Translations under genes and position numbers: made by a program
Part shown: in pieces, positions 12,501-27,500 of the stretch
How the letters are laid out: each line of letters starts with the position of its first letter
Position numbering within the stretch: position 1 is the first letter of the stretch
Notes under the pieces: generated by a model
Database searches by the model: none
What the model was told of the DNA's origin: nothing
The model's input: only the letters and a program-made list of their open reading frames with translations
Assembly: GCA_964187785.1 (NCBI GenBank)
Contig: OZ076409.1
Coordinates: 4,590,001-4,654,000, forward strand
Length of the DNA stretch: 64,000 nucleotides
Origin: Amphiscolops sp. MND2022
Lineage: Eukaryota
Direction of reading: 5' to 3'

Positions 12501-15500
12501 CTTTAGTGTAATTCCAAAGGTGATAAGTTCTGTCGTTTCTAAAAATTCTTGAATATTTCCAGCATTTTAACTTTTCAATTTAACTCTCAAAATGGCTTAC
12601 TTTAGTGTACTTCCATAGGGGATAAGTTCTCTCGGATTGAAAAATTGTTGATTATGTCAAGCATTTTAGGTTTTTATTTGTCTTTAACTCTCAAAATGGC
12701 TTACTTTAGTGTACTTCCATAGGAGATATGTTCTCTCGGTTTGAAAAATTGTTGATTATTTCCTGCATTTTAGCTTTTCAAATGTCTTTAACTCTCAAAA
12801 TCGCTTACTTCAGTATACTTCCATAGAGGATAAGTTCTGTCGGTTTGAAAAATTGTTGATTATGTCCAGCATTTTGTTTTTTTTTCTTCAACTCTCAAAA
12901 TGGCTTACTTTAGTGTACTTCCATAGGAGATAAGTTCTCTCGGTTTGAAAAATTGTTGATTATTTCCTGCATTTTAGCTTTTCAAATGTCTTTAACTCTC
13001 AAAATCGCTTACTTCAGTATACTTCCATAGAGGATAAGTTCTGTCGGTTTGAAAAATTGTTGATTATGTCCAGTATTTTGGTTTTTTATTTTTCTTCAAC
13101 TCAAAATGACTCACTTTAGTGTACTTCCATAGGTGATAAGTTCTGTCGTTTCTAAAAATTGTTGAATATTTCCATCATTTTAACTTTTCAATTGTCTTTA
13201 ACTCTTGAAATGGCTTACTTTAGTGTACTTCCATAGGGGATAAGTTCTGTCGGTTTGAAAAATTGCTGATTAAGTCCAGCATTTTGGTTTTTTATTTTTT
13301 CTTTAACTCAAAATGACTCACTTTAGTGTACTTCCATAGGTGATAAGTTCTGTCGTTTCTGAAAATTGTTGAATATTTCCATCATTTTAACTTTTCAATT
13401 GTCTTTAACTCTTGAAATGGCTTACTGTAGTGTACTTCCATAGGGGATAAGTTCTGTCGGTTTGACAAATTGTTGAATATGTCAAGCATTTTAGGTTTTT
13501 ATTTGTCTTTAACTCTCAAAATGGCTTACTTTAGTGTACTTCCATAGGAGATAAGTTCTCTCGGTTTGAAAAATTGTTGATTATTTCCTGCATTTTAGCT
13601 TTTCAAATGTCTTTAACTCTCAAAATCGCTTACTTCAGTATACTTCCATAGAGGATAAGTTCTGTCGGTTTGAAAAATTGTTGATTATGTCCAGCATTTT
13701 GTTTTTTTTTCTTCAACTCTCAAAATGGCTTACTTTAGTGTAATTCCATAGGTGATAAGTTCTGTCGTTTCTAAAAATTGTTGAATATTTCCAGCATTTT
13801 AACTTTTCAATTGTCTTTATTTCTTGAAATGGCTTACTTTAGTGTACTTCCATAGGGGATAAGTTCTGTCGGTTTGAAAAATTGGTGATTAAGTCCAGCA
13901 TTTTGGTTTTTTATTTTTTCTTTAACTCAAAATGACTCACTTTAGTGTACTTCCATAGGTGATAAGTTCTGTCGTTTCTAAAAATTGTTGAATATTTCCA
14001 TCATTTTAACTTTTCAATTGTCTTTATTTCTTGAAATGGCTTACTTTAGTGTACTTCCATAGGGGATAAGTTCTGTCGGTTTGAAAAATTGGTGATTAAG
14101 TCCAGCATTTTGGTTTTTTTATTTTTCTTTAACTCTCAAAATGACTCACTTTAGTGTAATTCCATAGGTGATAAGTTCTGTCGTTTCTAAAAATTGTTGA
14201 ATATTTCCAGCATTTTAACTTTTCAATTGTCTTTAACTCTCAAAATGGCTTACTTTAGCGTACTTTCATAGGGATAAATTCTCTCGGTTTGAAAAATTGT
14301 TGATTATTTCTAGCATTTTAGTTTTTTATTTGTCTTTAACTCAAAATGGCTTACTTTAGTGTACTTCTATATGGAATAAGTTCTGTCGGTTTGAAAAATT
14401 GTTGATTATGTCAAGCATTTTAGGTTTTTATTTGTCGTAACTCAAAATGACTTACTTTAGTGTAATTCCATAGGTGATAAGTCCTCTGGGTTTGAAAAAT
14501 TGTTGATTATTTCCTGCATTTTAACTTTTCAAATGTCTTTAACTCTCAAAATAGCTTACTTTAGTGTTATTCCATAGGGGATAAATTCTCTCGGTTTGAA
14601 AAATTGTTGGTTATTTCTAGCATTTTAACTTTTCAAAAGTCTATAACTCTCAAAATGGCCTACTTCAGTATACTTCCATAGGGGATAAGTTCTGTCGGTT
14701 TGAAAAATTGTTGATTATGTCAAGCATTTTAGGTTTTTATTTGTCTTAACTCAAAATGGCTTACTTTAGTGTACTTCCATAGGGGATAAGTTCTCTCGGT
14801 TTGAAAAATTGTTTGTTTCCAGCATTTTAACTTTCCAAATGTCTTTAACTCTCAAAATGGCTCATTTTAGTGTATTTCCATAGGGGATGAGTTCTGTCGT
14901 TTCTAAAAATTGTTGAATATTTCCATCATTTTAACTTTTCAATTGTCTTTAACTCTTGAAATGGCTTACTTTAGTGTACTTCCATAGGGGATAAGTTCTG
15001 TCGGTTTGAAAAATTGCTGATTAAGTCCAGCATTTTGGTTTTTTATTTTTTCTTTAACTCAAAATGACTCACTTTAGTGTACTTCCATAGGTGATAAGTT
15101 CTGTCGTTTCTGAAAATTGTTGAATATTTCCATCATTTTAACTTTTCAATTGTCTTTAACTCTTGAAATGGCTTACTGTAGTGTACTTCCATAGGGGATA
15201 AGTTCTGTCGGTTTGAAAAATTGCTGATTAAGTCCAGCATTTTGGTTTTTTATTTTTTCTTTAACTCAAAATGACTCACTTTAGTGTACTTCCATAGGTG
15301 ATAAGTTCTGTCGTTTCTGAAAATTGTTGAATATTTCCATCATTTTAACTTTTCAATTGTCTTTAACTCTTGAAATGGCTTACTGTAGTGTACTTCCATA
15401 GGGGATAAGTTCTGTCGGTTTGACAAATTGTTGAATATGTCAAGCATTTTAGGTTTTTATTTGTCTTTAACTCTCAAAATGGCTTACTTTAGTGTACTTC

Positions 15501-18500
15501 CATAGGAGATAAGTTCTCTCGGTTTGAAAAATTGTTGATTATTTCCTGCATTTTAGCTTTTCAAATGTCTTTAACTCTCAAAATCGCTTACTTCAGTATA
15601 CTTCCATAGAGGATAAGTTCTGTCGGTTTGAAAAATTGTTGATTATGTCCAGCATTTTGGTTTTTTATTTTTCTTCAACTCAAAATGACTCACTTTAGTG
15701 TACTTCCATAGGTGATAAGTTCTGTCGTTTCTAAAAATTGTTGAATATTTCCATCATTTTAACTTCAATTGTCTTTAACTCTTGAAATGGCTTACTTTAG
15801 TGTACTTCCATAGGGGATAAGTTCTGTCGGTTTGAAAAATTGGTGATTAAGTCCAGCATTTTGGTTTTTTATTTTTTCTTTAACTCAAAATGACTCACTT
15901 TAGTGTACTTCCATAGGTGATAAGTTCTGTCGTTTCTAAAAATTGTTGAATATTTCCATCATTTTAACTTTTCAATTGTCTTTATTTCTTGAAATGGCTT
16001 ACTTTAGTGTACTTCCATAGGGGATAAGTTCTGTCGGTTTGAAAAATTGGTGATTAAGTCCAGCATTTTGGTTTTTTTATTTTTCTTTAACTCTCAAAAT
16101 GACTCACTTTAGTGTAATTCCATAGGTGATAAGTTCTGTCGTTTCTAAAAATTGTTGAATATTTCCAGCATTTTAACTTTTCAATTGTCTTTAACTCTCA
16201 AAATGGCTTACTTTAGCGTACTTTCATAGGGATAAATTCTCTCGGTTTGAAAAATTGTTGATTATTTCTAGCATTTTAGTTTTTTATTTGTCTTTAACTC
16301 AAAATGGCTTACTTTAGTGTACTTCTATATGGAATAAGTTCTGTCGGTTTGAAAAATTGTTGATTATGTCAAGCATTTTAGGTTTTTATTTGTCGTAACT
16401 CAAAATGACTCACTTTAGTGTAATTCCATAGGTGATAAGTCCTCTGGGTTTGAAAAATTGTTGATTATTTCCTGCATTTTAACTTTTCAAATGTCTTTAA
16501 CTCTCAAAATAGCTTACTTTAGTGTTATTCCATAGGGGATAAATTCTCTCGGTTTGAAAAATTGTTGGTTATTTCTAGCATTTTAACTTTTCAAAAGTCT
16601 ATAACTCTCAAAATGGCCTACTTCAGTATACTTCCATAGGGGATAAGTTCTGTCGGTTTGAAAAATTGTTGATTATGTCAAGCATTTTAGGTTTTTATTT
16701 GTCTTAACTCAAAATGGCTTACTTTAGTGTACTTCCATAGGGGATAAGTTCTCTCGGTTTGAAAAATTGTTTGTTTCCAGCATTTTAACTTTCCAAATGT
16801 CTTTAACTCTCAAAATGGCTCATTTTAGTGTATTTCCATAGGGGATGAGTTCTGTCCGTTTGAAAAATTGTTGATTATGTCCAGCAATTTAACTTTTCGA
16901 ATGTCTTTTACTCTCAAAATGGTTTACTTCAGTATATTTCCATAGGGGATAAGTTCTCTCGGTTTGAAAAATTGTTGATTATTTCCAGCATTTTAACTTT
17001 TCAAATGTCTTTAACTCTCAAAATGGCTTATTTTAGTGTATTTCCATAGGGGATAAGTTCTGTGGGTTTGAAAAATTGTTGATTATGTCCAGCAATTTAA
17101 CTTTTCAAATGTCTTTAACTCTCAAAATTGCTTACTTCAGTATACTTCCATAGGGGATATGTCCTGTCGGTTTGAAAAATTGTTGATTATTTCCAGCATT
17201 TTGGTTTTTCAAATGTCTTTAACTCAAAATCGCTTACTTTAGTGTACTTCCATAGGGGATAAATTCTCTCGGTTTGGAAAATTGTTGATTATTTCTGGCA
17301 TTTTAGTTTTTTATTTGTCTTTAACTCAAAATGGCTTACTTTAGTGTACTTCTATATGGAATAAGTTCTGTCGATTTGAAAAATTGTTGATTATGTCAAG
17401 CATTTTATGTTTTTATTTGTCTTAACTCAAAATGACTCACTTTAGTGTAATTCCATAGGTGATAAGTCCTCTGGGTTTGAAAAATTGTTGAGTATTTCCA
17501 GCATTTTAACTTTTCAAATGTCTTTAACTCTCAAAATGGCTTACTTTAGTGTTATTCCATAGGGGATAAATTCTCTCGGTTTGAAAAATTGTTGGTTATT
17601 TCTAGCATTTTACCTTTTCAAAAGTCTGTAACTCTCAAAATGGCCTACTTCAGTATACTTCCATAGGGGATAAGTTCTGTCGGTTTGAAAAATTGTTGAT
17701 TAGATCCAGCATTTTAGTTTTTTGGTTTTAACTCAAAATCGCTTACTTTAGTGTACTTCCATAGGGGATAAATTCTCTCGGTTTGAGAAATTGTTGATTA
17801 TTTCTAGCATTTTAGTTTTTTATTTGTCTTTAACTCAAAATGGCCTACTTTAGTGTACTTCTATATGGAATAAGTTCTTTCGGTTTGAAAAATTGTTGAT
17901 TATGTCAAGCATTTTAGGTTTTTATTTGTCTTCACTCAAAATGACTCACTTTAGTGTAATTCCATAGGTGATAAGTCCTCTGGGTTTGAAAAATTGTTGA
18001 GTATTTCCAGCATTTTAACTTTTCAAATGTCTTCAACTCTCAAAATGGCTTACTTTAGTGTTATTCCATAGGGGATAAATTCTCTCGGTTTGAAAAATTG
18101 TTGGTTATTTCTAGCATTTTACCTTTTCAAAAGTCTGTAACTCTCAAAATGGCCTACTTCAGTATACTTCCATTGGGGATAAGTTCTGTCGGTTTGAAAA
18201 ATTGTTGATTAGGTCCAGCATTTTAGTTTTTTGGTTTTAACTCAAAATCGCTTACTTTAGTGTACTTCCATAGGGGATAAATTCTCTCGGTTTGAGAAAT
18301 TGTTGATTATTTCTAGCATGTTAGTTTTTTATTTGTCTTTAACTCAAAATGGCCTACTTTAGTGTACTTCTATATGGAATAAGTTCTGTCGGTTTGAAAA
18401 ATTGTTGATTATGTCAAGCATTTTAGGTTTTTATTTGTCTTAACTCAAAATGACTCACTTTAGTGTAATTCCATAGGTGATAAGTCCTCTGGGTTTGAAA

Positions 18501-21500
18501 AATTGTTGAGTATTTCCAGCATTTTAACTTTTCAAAAGTCTGTAACTCTCAAAATGGCCTACTTCAGTATACTTCCATAGGGGATAAGTTCTGTCGGTTT
18601 GAAAAATTGTTGATTAGGTCAAGCATTTTAGTTTTTTGGTTTTAACTCAAAATCGCTTACTTTAGTGTACTTCCATAGGGGATAAATTCTCTCGGTTTGA
18701 GAAATTGTTGATTATTTCTAGCATTTTAGTTTTTTATTTGTCTTTAACTCAAAATGGCCTACTTCAGTATACTTCCATAGGGGATAAGTTCTGTCGGTTT
18801 GAAAAATTGTTGATTATGTCAAGCATTTTAGGTTTTTATTTGTCTTAACTCAAAATGGCTTACTTTAGTGTACTTCCATAGGGGATAAGTTCTCTCGGTT
18901 TGAAAAATTGTTTGTTTCCAGCATTTTAACTTTCCAAATGTCTTTAACTCTCAAAATGGCTCATTTTAGTGTATTTCCATAGGGGATGAGTTCTGTCCGT
19001 TTGAAAAATTGTTGATTATGTCCAGCAATTTAACTTTTCGAATGTCTTTTACTCTCAAAATGGTTTACTTCAGTATATTTCCATAGGGGATAAGTTCTCT
19101 CGGTTTGAAAAATTGTTGATTATTTCCAGCATTTTAACTTTTCAAATGTCTTTAACTCTCAAAATGGCTTATTTTAGTGTATTTCCATAGGGGATAAGTT
19201 CTGTGGGTTTGAAAAATTGTTGATTATGTCCAGCAATTTAACTTTTCAAATGTCTTTAACTCTCAAAATTGCTTACTTCAGTATACTTCCATAGGGGATA
19301 TGTCCTGTCGGTTTGAAAAATTGTTGATTATTTCCAGCATTTTGGTTTTTCAAATGTCTTTAACTCAAAATCGCTTACTTTAGTGTACTTCCATAGGGGA
19401 TAAATTCTCTCGGTTTGGAAAATTGTTGATTATTTCTGGCATTTTAGTTTTTTATTTGTCTTTAACTCAAAATGGCTTACTTTAGTGTACTTCTATATGG
19501 AATAAGTTCTGTCGATTTGAAAAATTGTTGATTATGTCAAGCATTTTATGTTTTTATTTGTCTTAACTCAAAATGACTCACTTTAGTGTAATTCCATAGG
19601 TGATAAGTCCTCTGGGTTTGAAAAATTGTTGAGTATTTCCAGCATTTTAACTTTTCAAATGTCTTTAACTCTCAAAATGGCTTACTTTAGTGTTATTCCA
19701 TAGGGGATAAATTCTCTCGGTTTGAAAAATTGTTGGTTATTTCTAGCATTTTACCTTTTCAAAAGTCTGTAACTCTCAAAATGGCCTACTTCAGTATACT
19801 TCCATAGGGGATAAGTTCTGTCGGTTTGAAAAATTGTTGATTAGATCCAGCATTTTAGTTTTTTGGTTTTAACTCAAAATCGCTTACTTTAGTGTACTTC
19901 CATAGGGGATAAATTCTCTCGGTTTGAGAAATTGTTGATTATTTCTAGCATTTTAGTTTTTTATTTGTCTTTAACTCAAAATGGCCTACTTTAGTGTACT
20001 TCTATATGGAATAAGTTCTTTCGGTTTGAAAAATTGTTGATTATGTCAAGCATTTTAGGTTTTTATTTGTCTTCACTCAAAATGACTCACTTTAGTGTAA
20101 TTCCATAGGTGATAAGTCCTCTGGGTTTGAAAAATTGTTGAGTATTTCCAGCATTTTAACTTTTCAAATGTCTTCAACTCTCAAAATGGCTTACTTTAGT
20201 GTTATTCCATAGGGGATAAATTCTCTCGGTTTGAAAAATTGTTGGTTATTTCTAGCATTTTACCTTTTCAAAAGTCTGTAACTCTCAAAATGGCCTACTT
20301 CAGTATACTTCCATTGGGGATAAGTTCTGTCGGTTTGAAAAATTGTTGATTAGGTCCAGCATTTTAGTTTTTTGGTTTTAACTCAAAATCGCTTACTTTA
20401 GTGTACTTCCATAGGGGATAAATTCTCTCGGTTTGGAAAATTGTTGATTATTTCTGGCATTTTAGTTTTTTATTTGTCTTTAACTCAAAATGGCTTACTT
20501 TAGTGTACTTCTATATGGAATAAGTTCTTTCGGTTTGAAAAATTGTTGATTATGTCAAGCATTTTAGGTTTTTATTTGTCTTCACTCAAAATGACTCACT
20601 TTAGTGTACTTCCATAGGGGATAAGTTCTCTCGGTTTGAAAAATTGTTTGTTTCCAGCATTTTAACTTTCCAAATGTCTTTAACTCTCAAAATGGCTCAT
20701 TTTAGTGTATTTCCATAGGGGATGAGTTCTGTCCGTTTGAAAAATTGTTGATTATGTCCAGCAATTTAACTTTTCGAATGTCTTTTACTCTCAAAATGGT
20801 TTACTTCAGTATATTTCCATAGGGGATAAGTTCTCTCGGTTTGAAAAATTGTTGATTATTTCCAGCATTTTAACTTTTCAAATGTCTTTAACTCTCAAAA
20901 TGGCTTATTTTAGTGTATTTCCATAGGGGATAAGTTCTGTGGGTTTGAAAAATTGTTGATTATGTCCAGCAATTTAACTTTTCAAATGTCTTTAACTCTC
21001 AAAATTGCTTACTTCAGTATACTTCCATAGGGGATATGTCCTGTCGGTTTGAAAAATTGTTGATTATTTCCAGCATTTTGGTTTTTCAAATGTCTTTAAC
21101 TCAAAATCGCTTACTTTAGTGTACTTCCATAGGGGATAAATTCTCTCGGTTTGGAAAATTGTTGATTATTTCTGGCATTTTAGTTTTTTATTTGTCTTTA
21201 ACTCAAAATGGCTTACTTTAGTGTACTTCTATATGGAATAAGTTCTGTCGATTTGAAAAATTGTTGATTATGTCAAGCATTTTATGTTTTTATTTGTCTT
21301 AACTCAAAATGACTCACTTTAGTGTAATTCCATAGGTGATAAGTCCTCTGGGTTTGAAAAATTGTTGAGTATTTCCAGCATTTTAACTTTTCAAATGTCT
21401 TTAACTCTCAAAATGGCTTACTTTAGTGTTATTCCATAGGGGATAAATTCTCTCGGTTTGAAAAATTGTTGGTTATTTCTAGCATTTTACCTTTTCAAAA

Positions 21501-24500
21501 GTCTGTAACTCTCAAAATGGCCTACTTCAGTATACTTCCATAGGGGATAAGTTCTGTCGGTTTGAAAAATTGTTGATTAGATCCAGCATTTTAGTTTTTT
21601 GGTTTTAACTCAAAATCGCTTACTTTAGTGTACTTCCATAGGGGATAAATTCTCTCGGTTTGAGAAATTGTTGATTATTTCTAGCATTTTAGTTTTTTAT
21701 TTGTCTTTAACTCAAAATGGCCTACTTTAGTGTACTTCTATATGGAATAAGTTCTTTCGGTTTGAAAAATTGTTGATTATGTCAAGCATTTTAGGTTTTT
21801 ATTTGTCTTCACTCAAAATGACTCACTTTAGTGTAATTCCATAGGTGATAAGTCCTCTGGGTTTGAAAAATTGTTGAGTATTTCCAGCATTTTAACTTTT
21901 CAAATGTCTTCAACTCTCAAAATGGCTTACTTTAGTGTTATTCCATAGGGGATAAATTCTCTCGGTTTGAAAAATTGTTGGTTATTTCTAGCATTTTACC
22001 TTTTCAAAAGTCTGTAACTCTCAAAATGGCCTACTTCAGTATACTTCCATTGGGGATAAGTTCTGTCGGTTTGAAAAATTGTTGATTAGGTCCAGCATTT
22101 TAGTTTTTTGGTTTTAACTCAAAATCGCTTACTTTAGTGTACTTCCATAGGGGATAAATTCTCTCGGTTTGAGAAATTGTTGATTATTTCTAGCATGTTA
22201 GTTTTTTATTTGTCTTTAACTCAAAATGGCCTACTTTAGTGTACTTCTATATGGAATAAGTTCTGTCGGTTTGAAAAATTGTTGATTATGTCAAGCATTT
22301 TAGGTTTTTATTTGTCTTAACTCAAAATGACTCACTTTAGTGTAATTCCATAGGTGATAAGTCCTCTGGGTTTGAAAAATTGTTGAGTATTTCCAGCATT
22401 TTAACTTTTCAAATGTCTTTAACTCTCAAAATGGCTTACTTTAGTGTTATTCCATAGGGGATAAATTCTCTCGGTTTGAAAAATTGTTGGTTATTTCTAG
22501 CATTTTAACTTTTCAAAAGTCTGTAACTCTCAAAATGGCCTACTTCAGTATACTTCCATAGGGGATAAGTTCTGTCGGTTTGAAAAATTGTTGATTAGGT
22601 CAAGCATTTTAGTTTTTTGGTTTTAACTCAAAATCGCTTACTTTAGTGTACTTCCATAGGGGATAAATTCTCTCGGTTTGAGAAATTGTTGATTATTTCT
22701 AGCATTTTAGTTTTTTATTTGTCTTTAACTCAAAATGGCCTACTTTAGTGTACTTCTATATGGAATAAGTTCTGTCGGTTTGAAAAATTGTTGATTATGT
22801 CAAGCATTTTAGGTTTTTATTTGTCTTAACTCAAAATGACTCACTTTAGTGTAATTCCATAGGTGATAAGTCCTCTGGGTTTGAAAAATTGTTGAGTATT
22901 TCCAGCATTTTAACTTTTCAAATGTCTTTAACGCTCAAAATGGCTTACTTTAGTGTTATTCCATAGGGGATAAAATCTCTCGGTTTGAAAAATTGTTGGT
23001 TATTTCTAGCATTTTAACTTTTCAAAAGTCTGTAACTCTCAAAATGGCCTACTTCAGTATACTTCCATAGGGGATAAGTTCTGTCGGTTTGAAAAATTGT
23101 TGATTATGTCAAGCATTTTAGGTTTTTATTTGTCCTAACTCAAAATGACTCACTTTAGTGTAAATCCATAGGTGATAAGTCCTATGGGTTTGAAAAATTG
23201 TTGATTATTTCCAGCATTTTAACTTTTCAAATGTCTTTAACGCTCAAAATGGCTTTAGTGTTATTCCATAGGGGATAAATTCTCTCGGTTTGAAAAATTG
23301 TTGGTTATTTCTAGCATTTTAACTTTTCAAAAGTCTGTAACTCTCAAAATGGCCTACTTCAGTATACTTCCATAGGGGATAAGTTCTGTCGGTTTGAGAA
23401 ATTGTTGATTATGTCAAGCATTTTAGGTTTTTATTTGTCCTAACTCAAAATGACTCACTTTAGTGTAATTCCATAGGTGATAAGTCCTCTGGGTTTTTAA
23501 AATTGTTGATTATTTTCAGCATTTTAACTTTTCAAATGTCTTTAACTCTCAAAATGGCTTACTTTAGTGTTATTCCATAGGGGATAAATTTTCTCGGTTT
23601 GAAAAATTGTTGGTTATTTCTAGCATTTTAACTTTTCAAAAGTCTTACTCTCAAAATGGCCTACTTCAGTATACTTCCATATGGGATAAGTTCTGTCGGT
23701 TTGAAAAATTGTTGGTTATTTCTAGCATTTTAACTTTTCAAAAGTCTGTAACTCTCAAAATGGCCTACTTCAGTATACTTCCATAGGGGATAAGTTCTGT
23801 CGGTTTGAAAAATTGTTGATTAGGTCCAGCATTTTAGTTTTTTGGTTTTAACTCAAAATCGCTTACTTTAGTGTACTTCCATAGGGGATAAATTCTCTCG
23901 GTTTGAGAAATTGTTGATTATTTCTAGCATTTTAGTTTTTTATTTGTCTTTAACTCAAAATGGCCTACTTTAGTGTACTTCTATATGGAATAAGTTCTGT
24001 CGGTTTGAAAAATTGAATTGTTGATTGTGTCAAGCATTTTAGGTTTTTATTTGTCTTAACTCAAAATGACTCACTTTAGTGTAATTCCATGGGTGATAAG
24101 TCCTCTGGGTTTGAAAAATTGTTGAGTATTTCCAGCATTTTAACTTTTCAAATGCCTTTAACTCTCAAAATGGCTTACTTTAGTGTTATTCCATAGGGGA
24201 TAAATTCTCTCGGTTTGAAAAATTGTTGGTTATTTCTAGCATTTTAACTTTTCAAAAGTCTGTAACTCTCAAAATGGCCTACTTCAGTATACTTCCATAG
24301 GGGATAAGTTCTGTCGGTTTGAAAAATTGTTGATTATGTCAAGCATTTTAGGTTTTTATTTGTCTTAACTCAAAATGACTCACTTTAGTGTGATTCCATA
24401 GGTGATAAGTCCTCTGGGTTTGAAAAATTGTTGAGTATTTCCAGCATTTTAACTTTTCAAATGTCTTTAACGCTCAAAATGGCTTACTTTAGTGTTATTC

Positions 24501-27500
24501 CATAGGGGATAAAATCTCTCGGTTTGAAAAATTGTTGGTTATTTCTAGCATTTTAACTTTTCAAAAGTCTGTAACTCTCAAAATGGCCTACTTCAGTATA
24601 CTTCCATAGGGGATAAGTTCTGTCGGTTTGAAAAATTGTTGATTATGTCAAGCATTTTAGGTTTTTATTTGTCCTAACTCAAAATGACTCACTTTAGTGT
24701 AAATTCATAGGTGATAAGTCCTATGGTTTTGAAAAATTGTTGATTATTTCCAGCATTTTAACTTTTCAAATGTCTTTAACGCTCAAAATGGCTTTAGTGT
24801 TATTCCATAGGGGATAAATTCTCTCGGTTTGAAAAATTGTTGGTTATTTCTAGCATTTTAACTTTTCAAAAGTCTGTAACTCTCAAAATGGCCTACTTCA
24901 GTATACTTCCATAGGGGATAAGTTCTGTCGGTTTGAAAAATTGTTGATTATGTCAAGCATTTTAGGTTTTTATTTGTCCTAACTCAAAATGACTCACTTT
25001 AGTGTAATTCCATAGGTGATAAGTCCTCTGGGTTTTAAAAATTGTTGATTATTTTCAGCATTTTAACTTTTCAAATGTCTTTAACTCTCAAAATGGCTTA
25101 CTTTAGTGTTATTCCATAGGGGATAAATTTTCTCGGTTTGAAAAATTGTTGGTTATTTCTAGCATTTTAACTTTTCAAAAGTCTAACTCTCAAAATGGCC
25201 TACTTCAGTATACTTCCATAGGGGATAAGTTCTGTCGGTTTGAAAAATTGTTGATTATGTCAAGCATTTTAGGTTTTTATTTGTCTTAACTCAAAATGGC
25301 TTACTTTAGTGTACTTCCATAGGGGATAAGTTCTCTCGGTTTGAAAAATTGTTTGGTTCCAGCATTTTAACTTTTCAAATGTCTTTAACTCTCAAAATGG
25401 CTCATTTTAGTGTACTTCCATAGGGGATGAGTTCTGTCGGTTTGAAAAATTGTTGATTGTGTCCAGCAATTTTACTTTTCAAATGTCTTTTACTCTCAAA
25501 ATGGTTTACTTCAGTATACTTCCATTGGGGATAAGTTCTCTCGGTTTGAGAAACTGTTGATTATTTCCAGCATTTTAACTTTTCAAATGTCTTTTACTCT
25601 CAAAATGGCTTATTTTAGTGTACTTCCATAGGGGATGAGTTCTGTCGGTTTGAAAAATTGTTGATTATGTCCAGCAGTTTAACTTTTCAAGTGTATTTTA
25701 CTCTCAAAATGGCTTACTTTAGTGTACTTCCATAGGGGATAAGTTCTCTCGGTTTGAAAAATTGTTGATTATTTCCAGCAATTTAACTTTTCAAATGTCT
25801 TTAACTCTCAAAATTGCTTACTTCAGTATACTTCCATAGGGGATAAGTCCTCTCGGTTTGAAAAATTGTTGATTAGGTCCAGCATTTTAGTTTTTTGGTT
25901 TTAACTCTGAAAATGGCTTACTTTAGTGTACTTCCATAGGGGATAAGGTCTCTCAGTTTGAAAAATTGTTGATTATTTCCAGCATTTTAGTTTTTCAAAT
26001 GTCTTTAACTCTCAAAATCGCTTGCTTTAGTGTACTTCCATAGGGGATAAGTTCTCTCGGTTTGAAAAATTGTTGATTATGTCAAGCATTTTAGCTTTTC
26101 AAATGTCTTTAACTCAAAATGGCTTACTTCAGTATACTTCCATAGGGGATAAGCTTTGTCGGTTTGAAAAATTGTTGATTATGTCCAGCATTTTGTTTTT
26201 TTTTGTTTTTAACTCTCAAAATGACTCACTTTAGTTTACTTCCATAGGTGATAAGTTCTGTTGTTTCTAAAAATTGTTGATTTTTTCCAGCATTTCAACT
26301 TTTCAAATGTCTTTAACTCTCAAAATGGCTTACTTTAGTGTACTTCCATAGGGGATAAGTTCTGTCGGTTTGAAAAATAATTGATTGTGTCCAGCATTTT
26401 AGGTTTTTATTTGTCCTAACTCAAAATGACTCACTTTAGTGTAATTCCATAGGTGATAAGTCCTCTGGGTTTTAAAAATTGTTGATTATTTCCAGCATTT
26501 TAACTTTTCAAATGTCTTTAACTCTCAAAATGGCTTACTTTAGTGTTATTCCATAGGGGATAAATTTCTCGGTTTGAAAAATTGTTGGTTATTTCTAGCA
26601 TTTTAACTTTTCAAAAGTCTAACTCTCAAAATGGCCTACTTCAGTATACTTCCATAGGGGATAAGTTCTGTCGGTTTGAAAAATTGTTGATTATGTCAAG
26701 CATTTTAGGTTTTTATTTGTCTTAACTCAAAATGGCTTACTTTAGTGTACTTCCATAGGGGATAAGTTCTCTCGGTTTGAAAAATTGTTTGTTTCCAGCA
26801 TTTTAACTTTTCAAATGTCTTTAACTCTCAAAATGGCTCATTTTAGTGTACTTCCATAGGGGATGAGTTCTGTCGGTTTGAAAAATTGTTGATTGTGTCC
26901 AGCAATTTTACTTTTCAAATGTCTTTTACTCTCAAAATGGTTTACTTCAGTATACTTCCATTGGGGATAAGTTCTCTCGGTTTGAGAAACTGTTGATTAT
27001 TTCCAGCATTTTAACTTTTCAAATGTCTTTAACTCTCAAAATGGCTTATTTTAGTGTACTTCCATAGGGGATAAGTTCTGTCGGTTTGAAAAATTGTTGA
27101 TTATGTCCAGCAATTTAACTTTTCAAGTGTATTTTACTCTCAAAATGGCTTACTTTAGTGTACTTCCATAGGGGATAAGTTCTCTCGGTTTGAGAAATTG
27201 TTGAATATTTCCAGCAATTTAACTTTTCAAATGTCTTTAACTCTCAAAATTGCTTACTTCAGTATACTTCCATAGGGGATAAGTTCTCTCGGTTTGAAAA
27301 ATTGTTGATTATGTCAAGCATTTTAGCTTTTCAAATGTCTTTAACTCAAAATGGCTTACTCCAGTATACTTCCATAGGGGATAAGCTTTGTCGGTTTGAA
27401 AAATTGTTGATTAGGTCCAGCATTTTAGTTTTTTGGTTTTAACTCTGAAAATGGCTTACTTTAGTGTACTTCCATAGGGGATAAGTTCTCTCAGTTTGAA

